From Trichoplax sp. H2 (Eukaryota), in the NCBI GenBank assembly GCA_003344405.1, contig NOWV01000248.1, forward strand, positions 62,001 through 90,998: a stretch of 28,998 bases of DNA. The letters are read 5' to 3'. A program made the translations under genes and the position numbers. The notes below the pieces were generated by a model that ran no database searches, was not told where the DNA came from, and saw only the letters and a program-made list of their open reading frames with translations. Below, piece by piece: positions 1-11,200 of the stretch (position 1 is the stretch's first letter; the number at the start of each line of letters is the position of its first letter).

Positions 1-3000
1 TATTTTCATAACACATAACTACTGCAATTAGCTGAAATCATTGCACTGGTCGACTTAATGAAACTTAGACACGAAATAAAAACTGGGAAAACAACCGAAT
101 AAGAATTTATTTTAAACGTGAGAGAGATATGCTGTAGAGTAAATAATCTTTCAGATACGTAATTATAAGTATCATAAGGAAAAAATAAGAAAAAGACGAC
201 AGACTTAAAACTGTCAACCACCAAACAACATTACAAAAAGAACAACGCTTTCACTTACTACAGTTCGACCCGAAGGTCTTTAAAATTTAACGAGGTCTTC
301 AAAGGAATCTTCTCCCGTCTTTCTCTCTAAATTTTCTAATTGCATCATCTTTTATTTTCTAAAAATTGCATAATCACTTATCAAAATATTTTATGCGACG
401 GCTATAACTTTTCTGACTTTGTATTGACAGTTGCTGTTTTAGTACGAAGTTGTACAGTAACCATGTTACCGCATTTATTCAAAAATTTGTCATTTACAAA
501 ATCACTTGGCATTTTGTAAAATGACGTTAACAACCATACGATAGTACCATACACTACAGTACCTTGCCATCAAGCTATAAAACCCCTTACTTTAATAAAA
601 AGGGTATGCTATTGTGATATATACCAATCACGAAATTTCCAAATTTTAGAAAAATAAGGGCTTTATTGAATCTTATACAAAGATTAACTACACACAGCTC
701 CACTTTAGCCGAATGCTACTACTAAAGACTTCTAGAACGAGCTAACAGAGTAATCTAAAGTTGCATGCTTTTATACTTTCCGTAGCATTCGCAGTTACAA
801 TCCGCAAGGCAACCTTTTACCTTATTTTATACATAGTTAAATTATTCTTAGTAAGACTATTCTACTGCGGACCATCATTAATCCAATATGGATACGACTA
901 CAGTATTTAAGTAGACATTATTCACACCAGCCAAAGTACAATCAATTAACCATATCCTAATATCTGATTTACAGTTCTATTTTTACCTATAGCCTTATTA
1001 GTAACTTAACACTTTACTGTATATACTGTAGTAGTCATCTGTAGTTCTGTACTCTAGCATAGAGTCTATACCACTACAGTCTATAGTTATAGCTACCAAA
1101 TATCTCTTAGGATAAATATCTACCGTACATTATACTAAACATGGCTAACAGTCTACAATCAAAATACTAGTTACATTACAGCTATAGATTCAAAATCATT
1201 TATAATCTCAATAGACTATCAAAGGCTCTTTCTTTAGATTAGGTGATTGCTCCTAGATCACTTCTATAGTAATACATACACATAAAACCTTGTAAAATAG
1301 TAAAGAAGAAAAGATGGCAACATCGTGACTTGGCAGGGTAAAACTTAAAAATACGTTTCACTTTCTATGTATTTTCTATAGTAAAGTAACAGTAGCTTCA
1401 TACTAAAAGCTATAAAGACTTCGCTTTTAGTCCTTTACTGCAAATGAATTTAATTTCAATTGTTTAGGCCAATTTCGTGTGCATATAAAATAATCATAAG
1501 ATCACTGTCAGATCTGTATACTTTTGTATATTGTTCTTTACCAAGTACGGTACCGTACTAAATTTTGAACATTAATTTGTTTTATATAGAAGATTCTAGC
1601 CTTTAGCCATGAATTGAAGGGCTAAGGAGCTTGTAGTAACCACACGTTATAACCCATACAGATATTTGCCCTTAAACAAACGTAAATGATCTGTACTAGT
1701 AATTGCTATTCGATAATTAAAATCTATCCATGGTTGGCCCGATCCGGTAAGTGATAACTTTAACATATTCATCGATTATAGAATTACAGAATCTAAGCAG
1801 TTTACAATTATAATTATTGAAGTAATTTCTTGCAATACATTATGATATTATCGAAGCATACGTTATTAAGAATTTCTGATAACGTAAAATAAGTAGTTTT
1901 CCAAGCACGAGTTTCTATGTAATTATCACTAAATTCAATAGTTAAAAACAGATGAAAAAAATTGAACGTAGAACAAGAACAATTCGTTAATGTTTAGAGA
2001 AAAATCCCTTCACTATCGCTATACAAAATTTGCGATTTGTAGTTAAAAGATTTGCTATATTTTTTTTACTTAACTAGCCTCCGTTTGTAATAGAGACATT
2101 TTACTCGAAAACAATGATATATCAAGGTTTCAGCTCGTTGCCCAGCTGTGGTGCTATCTAGCCATGAGGCTTGGGGCTCGCGAAGACTTTATTGAAAGGT
2201 GCAGACATAATGAGTTTAATTTACGTTTACTCATCCATTAATTTTCAAAAATATCATTAATAATTTATTTAAGTCTCCTATCTCAACTCATAATTTATAA
2301 CACTAACGAATACGGTTGTCAGTAGCAACCTAAGAACTGTAACTAAAATATCTTGGATCATGTTTTACAGCGAATAAGCAGTTAATGCTTTATGATGAAG
2401 CAGCCATAATAACACCAATAGCAGTTACGAAATACATACTAAATATAAAACCATGTCTACAGACCACCTACAATGAGCAAGAAATTAATAGGCAGTTTAT
2501 TATCTAATCTGGAAAAACAAACAAATTAGATAAATAGACTATTTATTAATTGGTTAAACAAAAATAGTCGAGATGCTAATTTGCCACAGTTTGATGATTT
2601 TTATTTTTATCACTAGTTAATGCAACTTAATATAGCTTAATAATTTACCCGTAACATTTAATGGACTATGCTATTAAGTAGGAATTCAGTTGAAACATTG
2701 ATTCTCTAAAATAATAAGTTCCAACTTTTATAAGTTTTTAAGTCTCTTTATTGTTAATTAGAAATATGTCAGGTTGATATCAGAAGCTTTTTAGAGTAAT
2801 ATACTCATATGAGCCATGAAGGCATTACATAAATTTAGATTTTTAATTAATGTCTATTAAATATTTCGCTCGCATAACAAAGTTTTATCGCAGAAGCCTG
2901 CACAGTACCTTTTAATACTTAAATTTTTGAACATGTCATTATAATACGTGGTATGATCCCATTTGTTGCAATACTAGATAAACACTAATTTAGCCAATAT

Positions 3001-4109
3001 GGAAATATGTCGCTATATTCGTTTTTAAATAGAATTATCTAAATATAGCTGGATGTCGTATTTTTTAAGATTAATTATGGTAAACCGTACCTTCTTTGTT
3101 CAATATACGTTAGCTAGATATGTATGTGCTTGCAGTTAGAAAGATATATATATTTACACATACGAGCATGTAGTTAGTGATGTTCGATTCAAAACGTTAA
3201 GGCAAAAATAATTGATTGAGACAAGAAGAAATGCGAAATAAAAATTATTTAGGAATATATAGTATATTTATGTGTTTAACAATTTTATGAAGCCTGCATT
3301 AAGGCTTGTACAGTATAATCGATAACATCTTCACAAACATCACTCCGTATGATCCGAAAATCTATTGAAGCTTTGCTAACACTAATTGATGAAAAATAAT
3401 TAAAACTTCGAATCAAATTTGTAAAGTAAATCAATTCAGTGTAGATGTTTATAGTTTAAAGAATACGGTAATGAAGACATTTATTATTTATAATGCAATA
3501 AACAATGAAATAATAAGAATCCTACTAGTTTAATTACAAAAAAAATTTGACTAAATTCAGGTACGATCAAGCTTTAGATTAAAAATTATACAGAAGCGAT
3601 TTTCAATTTAAGTGTTGTATCATAATATTTAGTACTACGATCAAAAATATCTACTTGCAACTTTAAATTAATTAATTATTAAGAATTTGGTCATTATAAT
3701 TTTCTCTTATTGAATGCTGTTTGCTATTTAATAAAGCAGACGATCGATTGAGAAAATTCTTAGTTTCAAACGGCATCTCGAGAGTGTAAATTTTTATCCT
3801 TTCTAATCATACTTTAAATTCATGTTTAGGTATTACAAAAATAACTTTTATATGTTGTGTTGTTACTAATATAATTATTATAAACGTGTATATTAGTACA
3901 TTATACAACTCTTTGATATTTAAAATGTTTAGCTGACTTATAACTGTGTAGCTGCAATTCAATTTCCTATAAGTAGAATATTGCTTTATGTGAATATGAA
4001 AACGTTTTAGCAGATCTCTAATCAAAATCTTTGACTATTCTCCATTTATTAGAGAAATTAATAAGAACTGGTGAAAGTTATTCAGTCAAATTCGGAACTT
4101 TATGAAATC

Positions 4110-4182
4110 ATGTTAATATCGCTATTTCTTAGAACACTATCATTGAACATGACGGTAATATTTCTGATGGTCCATTTTTCAG
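4110..4182 (+). CDS. Candidate first (signal-peptide) exon of the LGR: MLISLFLRTLSLNMTVIFLMVHFS
   Basis: ATG at 4110, 24 mostly hydrophobic codons, donor CAG|GTTGGT in phase 1, matching the phase-1 acceptor at 8062/8063 (joins as ...HFS-D-QQES). Could be chance in AT-rich DNA. Confidence 0.3.
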
Positions 4183-4394
4183 GTTGGTTAATTCTCACTA
4201 ACAGTAAAATGTTGATTACATACAGCCTAAAATCTTATTTAACTACGCTGTAATATCGCTTAAAAAATTAGCCATTATAGATTAATTTGTTTTTGAATTA
4301 TCATTAAGAATCTTGCACGATTTGGCAAGTGATTATCAAGCTGTAATAAAAGTATCTCATAGCTACTCTATTAAATCCAAGTGTATTTCTCTTA

Positions 4395-4770
4395 AAATAA
4401 TTGTCTCAGTCAAGATAGAATTTAAAAAGTTGCTTATGTTATAGAGTTTAAGAATGGTAAAACACTAATTAGTTAGTAGTAAGAATCTAATCTAATGTTT
4501 CTAGAACTCAAATAAGTAAAGTGATTCAAACCAACCTTTTGCAATTCTTAAATACATTTCATTTGATCTATATACGATATTGTAACAATGTAGCCTACGA
4601 TCAGACTTCGGTCATCAAATACAACACTTCTCAATCAGAAATTTAATACACTTATCATACAAATCAATCATCTCAAAATATTTTACTCTTGCACTAATGT
4701 GCAACTCTGCAATCTTCACATCTAAAGTGCATCAAGCAATATAAATCTTGCATCATAATTAACTAACTCG
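4395..4770. repeat. Diverged direct repeat, copy 1 (copy 2 at ~5757-6165)
   Basis: Collinear blocks tgtctcagtcaa, aagaatc, caattcttaaat(a/g)catttca, atcagactt, ataaatcttg...ataatta. Confidence 0.7.
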
Positions 4771-5756
4771 CAGTAGGAAGGAATTCATATATATTATGAT
4801 AGCTTAGTTATGAATTTTCTTTTAATGTAATGCTTTGTGTAGAATACGTTCCCGTTCGTAGTCAACAATTTCTAATAAAAATTTTAGCAATCATCCAATG
4901 TTAGTGTAACGATAGTCATTATTTAAGAAATTAAAAAAGTTAAATTTGGCATTTTAGTCTGCAAAATGATATAACATCCAGCTAGAATCTGTTATTAGAA
5001 ACCTAACTATATGAAATATAGCTATCGATACTCGTGTAATAAATTAAGGGGTGCATCACATCACTGTACAAACTTTAAGGTACTGTATAATGGATCCTAT
5101 CAGTAGTTCTTTCATGCCTTATTTTATCGTAAATTTTTATAATATTTACTGTACTTATTTCACAGTATTCATCCTCAGCTTGTTAAATATTCTAACATTT
5201 TTCGAGTTATTCAATTTTAATATTTTTCGTTTTGTTCGGCCTCATTAATAAATCTGATGCCTTCAATTTGAATTGTATGAATATTTGTTTGTCATTATAA
5301 ATTATTGAAGAAGCACTTGCTAGTTATTGCTACTATCATATGAAAATTAGAGTAAAAATTATAATAGTTGTTATATTCCGGAAGATTGAGAGTCTATCAT
5401 ATTCACAAGAAGTTATAACTGAATAATGAAATGAAAAATTAGTCTGTATTTTAGTTTAAGTGGGAAGGAAACCGTGTAAGGTATAGCATTTATAACGACT
5501 AAAACTAGTCGAGTAGCTGTGGTAAAGTAGAAAAGATAAATTCAAACAAGCTTACCATGTAACTAGTAAACTAGCTAACTAATAAGATAAATGCCTGAAG
5601 ACGCCTTTTAAAATGTGGGAAGCAAGGCAAGACAGGATTTTAATGAGAAATAATAATATTCTTACTTCTATATTCTATTTAGAATACTATAGTGAATGTT
5701 ATTACTGCTGTTGATTAGCCTTGTTAAATATCAACCCTCTTGTAATTAAAGTATCT

Positions 5757-6165
5757 CGCAATAGCTGTCTCAGTCAAATGGTATTTTCCAAAAGGCTTTT
5801 ATTACAAGATTTTAGGAATAATAGAGCAATAATTAATTATTACAAGAATCCAGTAGGAACCTTAAATATTTCGAGCTCAAAGCGAAGCGAAATCTCTTCT
5901 CTCTCTCTCTTTCTCTGATCTTATATTCACAATTCTTAAATGCATTTCACTAAATCCTTTTATAACAGCTTTATTAATCTATAATCAGACTTGTATCAAA
6001 CAGTATACTATTGTTAACTAGAATATCAGTATCTTTTACAATCTGAAATCACTCTACGTAAGATGTTACAACTCTTCTATTAATTTCCAGCACATTTCGG
6101 TGTTGGGCACCTTCATAATTACAGTATTTCTAGTCTTATAAATCTTGTAATATAATTAGTCAATT
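5757..6165. repeat. Diverged direct repeat, copy 2, containing a (TC)n tract at ~5894-5916
   Basis: Same collinear blocks as 4395-4770. Confidence 0.7.
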
Positions 6166-7133
6166 GGCTAATATTAGTTATCAGCAATTTCTACAATAGT
6201 TATCAATCATCTTATACTAGTACAAATTCACGTCGCTTTGCTGACGGTTTACGATAATGTACTTATTTGTTAATAATTAACAGATTGTATTACCATTCGA
6301 CATTATTTATATCCCAGTAATAGCTAGACACTACTATATTCACAGCTATGCTTGTAGAATACTACTTTTCAATAATGACTTGACGGATGAAATACTATAT
6401 TAAGATTAGTTAATGGTTCAAAGCACATTATGATAACTAATGTACGGTGATGGACATACCAAGTTAAGATTAGCAGGTACTGTAAGATATCTACAGTGCG
6501 GTACAATGCCCTTCGTACTATGGTCAATTCTATACCAATCATTATAATGTCTAAGGATCGCTTGAGTATGCAAGCAAAGCTTGCTCTGTCGATAGTAACC
6601 GTTATAAGAAAATGTAACTATCAAAATGGCTGTGTAGAAAACTCTATAAAGATTCTATGTTTATTCAATTTTCATCAGAATATTACATCAAATCAAATGG
6701 GTGGGATTAGCTTCACGATAATATCCATGTTTAGTAACCTAACTAGATACAAATATTGCCATTAACATAAACAAATATAACTACGCTAATGGTCAAATAT
6801 TATAGACTAGCTTACACAATCCTTTTTAAATATTGTAATGAAAGTAAAATTTTAGCTAAAGTTCGTAGGCCTAACTTTATTGTGGTTTAGTAAACTTATA
6901 CAGGATAAGAAATAGTCTGCCGCATTACACACACAATTTGATGTATGCAAATATTTCTGCAATTTAAACTTAGCTATACTATTGAAAGATACTCTCGGGT
7001 ATTTTAGTAAACTAATTAGCCATGCATTAGGAGTAAGTATTCTCGTTTTAATATGTCATTATACATTTTTAGAAGTTTAGATTTATGACGTCTACAAAAC
7101 CCAGACCTACGCGTATTTAGAACTATGCACAGT

Positions 7134-7768
7134 TGTGACAGTATTGAATACTGTATTAGAGTAGAAATATCTATATTAGGATAATTCTGTTAGACTATCC
7201 TTATTTAGTTAACTTCCAATTTGGATATTCTGCGTTTTAATATAGCACTGACTTTTTATGACAGTGACACTTATGCACATACTGAAATTAATAGCTATAA
7301 TAGGGAATGCAAATCATCTACTTACAGTTCCAATCATTGTGATTGTAATTTACTTATGGTAGATTGTAAATTATCATGGAAATGTTCCGTGATAGGACAT
7401 ATCGTAATCTGACTATTCTGTATTAGTCATTATATGTCTATGTTTGTAAATACTGTTGTCTGCATTAAGGGAGCAGTAGCTAAAACTAGCATCTAATTCA
7501 GTAAATGATTTCAATGTTAATTGTATTAACTATGGCTCATGAACTATTGAGGAATAGTATATAAATGCAGTATATCGTGAAATAAAGTGGATTCCCAAAC
7601 TTAGTGCTTAACGTAAAATATGAGGCGTTTAAGTCTTTGTGTATTCTGTTAGTAGAGCAAAAGTGTTTGTGATAGTGCAGATATCGTTCCTTGATACGTA
7701 GTTCAAGGAATTGACTTATTGATTGTACAGTACATTACGTTATCTTGTTGCAAAGCTGTTTTGTGGCA
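7134..7768 (+). mobile_element. Solo-LTR-like element (635 bp)
   Basis: Termini TGTGACA...TGTGGCA; flanks ACAGT/ATAGT (4/5 TSD); TATATAAA at 7558 then AATAAA at 7581; 3' part near-identical (reverse complement) to 19944-20044 and similar to 12539-13105. Confidence 0.75.
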
Positions 7769-8062
7769 ATAGTTTTAGCGGTAGTTTAAAGATTACAACT
7801 TACTAAATTATTTATTTTGCTAGTGCTAACTGATCTAAAATGCTAAATATCTTATAATTATGTAATAAACTTGTAGTCTGCTATACTAGTAGCTGTTCTT
7901 GTATCATATTATGATGTCTGCAGATAAGTATTTCTAACTGTCGTTCTATAGTAATATATTGATTTAATATCGTGATTTGCCATAAATAATTTAAATGGAT
8001 TCATCAGTTTATTGCAATAATGAATAAACAACTGAAATTGAATTTCATTATCAAAACAATAG

Positions 8063-8279
8063 ACCAGCAAGAAAGCAGACCTTTCAAAGCAATAATTCCA
8101 TTCAACGCAATTCCTAAACCTCAGCCTGAGTTTAAGCCAAAATGGTGCCCAATGAAGTGCAGTTGTGAAGTTATCAAGATTAATAGAATTTATGAATCGA
8201 AAGGTGAAATGGTCTGCAACTTCGGAAATTGGACTTTAACTTCTGCTTGGAAACCGGAATTCTTGAACATTACTGATTT
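8063..8279 (+). CDS. LGR exon: Pro-rich linker + LRR N-terminal cap (KWCPMKCSCEV...EMVCNFGNWTL...NITDL)
   Basis: CPxxCxC...C LRRNT motif; acceptor aatag at 8058-8062 (an in-frame ATG at 8020 is an alternative start); phase-2 donor TT|GTAATA at 8279/8280. Confidence 0.85.
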
Positions 8280-11200
8280 GTAATAATTTCGTATATGATT
8301 TATCTTTCAATCTGTACACAACAATAAATAGTTGACTTGTAATAAACCAAATATGTACTAAAATCTTGTTCCATAATTTGATATATATGTAATTTAGAAA
8401 GGTGAAACAAACAGTGATTGAGGCAGTAACAAGTGCCACATTTTATTCCTTTGCGAATCTTATCAAGCTGTAAGGATTAACTGATTTTCTGTAGTGCTAG
8501 TTAAGCTTTTCAAGCTCTGGCTTTTATGTACCCAAAGTTTGAATACATTCGTTCTGAGGAAACAAATTAATCTTTTCGAGAAATACTATCATGAATTCTA
8601 AATGCATTGATGTAATGATTTCGATCATTATTTAGCCAAATGTCAAAGACGAAAACCAGCTATATTGGGCCCCATTCATTTTCAAATCTAAAGAAATTGA
8701 AATATGTGTAATCTATTAATTATATTCCATCAATTTAGCAACTAACAATTTCTTCTGTACGAATTTATTAATGGCTACAACCAAAATATTTCAAATGCCT
8801 AACATTATTATATTACGAATATATTAGATCTATTACGGAGAATCGACTGCAAAGTTATTCTGATGCCTTTCACAGAATTCCGGAATTGTTGACCTTGTGA
8901 GTAATTCAATGAAGATAGAAAAGCTTCGTAATTATATTAGAAAATAGCCATTAGGAAAAATCTAAGTTGTTGAAGAAATCACTTGCTGACTATACGAAAT
9001 TATTTCAAAAATTTAGTAAATAAACGAATTTTTTTCTGTACGGTATTAATAGAAAATTCTTCAATATAATCTATCAATATTTAACTTTCAAAATATAGGA
9101 AGTTTATCCAACAACTTGAAAATTGAAGTACAGCACTTGTTTTTTAGGCCGAGTAGATTAATTACTTTGTAGGAAATTTTTCAATTTTAAATATCCATAG
9201 TGTTACCATAAAAAGTACATAATGTATCCGTATTGCACCTATAGTATTAATCTCATGCTACTAAAATAGGCAGGCTAGAAATACTCGCATAGCCAGTGTT
9301 TCTTCTGAGCATTTTACAAATTTAAGGCATCTCCATACTTTGTAAGTTACTAATTTCGTATTAGGTAGCACACAAGGGATCCTTTATAATTCTTTTCAAT
9401 TGGTTTAAAATTTCATTAAAGCCCTGATTTTCTACAGAAATGTTCTGAAAGTAAAATATACTTGTTTCTCTGTGTAATATTAGGGACTTAGGCGTTAATT
9501 TAATTACTGAACTTGATAATGATTCATTCAATGGGCTTCATGAACTAACTAAATTGTTAGTAATTTACGAAAAGAACTCTTTGATATCGTTTAATATCAC
9601 ATATATAAATTAAATTTATAAACAAAAAGACTTTTTATTCAAGTGATTACTTCAATATGCTTTCGCTAATATATGTTTCTATTATCAGGAAATTATTCTC
9701 TAATAAGATTAGAATGATTCATGATTTAAGTTTTAAAGAGCTGATAAGCTTAAAAATTTTGTAAGTTATCAACAAGTAACCAAATAGCATTAAGTTAGAT
9801 GTTTTAAGATTTCGTATTAAAACCGCAGATTTGAATTTTCAAAAGAATTTTAAGTTAATATAGCGGATGGAATATTGAATTTTCTTTTCCTGTTTCTAGA
9901 GATTTAACAAGGAATAGGCTATCTACAGTTAACAAGAATTTACTGCACACTTTAGTCAATTTACAAAAATTGTAAGTAACTATAGAATAAGAACAAATCT
10001 AATAAAGTAAAAGTAGCTACTTCGCTCGTTATAACTTTATGGTATTATTATCGAAATTTTATGGCACCAATAATGTGAAAATCAGCATAATGATTACTGC
10101 ATTATACTCTGTACTAATTTCATCCCACTTAGATATAGATTAAAAAGCCTTAAAGTAAATCTTACAGGATAATTTGGGAGCTTCTAATTTACCCGTTACC
10201 ATAGGTACATGAATAGTAATTATATTTCCACTATACATCCAGAAGCATTTTCTTCTTTGACTTCCGCTACATTTATGTAAGTCACTAGTGATATTATACA
10301 AATACTCTTTCGTACATTAATGTCAGTATCCTTAAAAGGTTAAAAACTGTATTACAAGACTAAGATAATTGATTCATTTTATCAAATTCCAATGCTATTT
10401 ATTGCAGTTTATTTTGGGAAAAATTATATGACATTCTATGAAGAGCTTTAATTGATCAATGCGATCTATTTCGTTTCAGTTATTTATCGAACAACAGAAT
10501 CTCGACGCTTTCCGATGATACCTTTAAAATGACCCATAATCTCAGATATTTGTAATAAATTAATCTTGAAGCCTATTTTGAGAGCAAAATGCATCATAAA
10601 TAAAGCAATAATTGCATAAAGTGTCATAATTCGTTGGTACATACGAGTACGAGTAAACTAAATTTGAATTTAAAAATTTTAATTCTAGGTATTTAAATCA
10701 AAACCAAATAACGAAAATTACGGCATCACTATTCAGAAAGTTACACCAGCTAAGAAAATTGTAAGAGAAATAGACTTTTCCTATTTTACTTTAAAGTAGA
10801 TCTTTTAAAATTCGCCCGTTTGGTGTTAAGAATCAATCCAAAATTTAGCTAATATACGTACAAGAGACACTCATAAGAACTAGACAGTAATAGGAGTAGC
10901 ATACTTTCCCTTATTTTGAGCTGAAACAGTCAATATTGAAGTTATTTCATATAGCTTAAGGTATCATCATACCCTATCAATTAAATATTTTCTCTGAGAA
11001 GTGATCAAATTTACCGTTGGTTGACATAAATGTTACTACCGTATAATATGTTTATTAAGCTTAAAAGGGGAAAAGTTAGAAGTGATTTTATAATAAAATT
11101 TAAATTAATCCAATTAAGTTCCAATGACATATTACAAACTTTAACGAGTTTTAATATAGTCAAAAGTAAATAATGTAATGATTAATATTGCATTAGTATT

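Noticed and set aside
443..515. 73-nt AG...GT interval with LRR-like fragments (KLYSNHV, LFKNLS)
   Set aside because: The fragments are in different frames, the donor is weak (gtaaaa), it lies upstream of the LRRNT and overlaps a hairpin; likely chance.
6..7412. Track ORFs of 60-89 aa upstream of the gene
   Set aside because: Composition typical of translated AT-rich non-coding DNA (I/F/L/N/K/Y-rich), no motifs, several overlap repeats; only part of 4071-4253 is kept as a possible signal exon.
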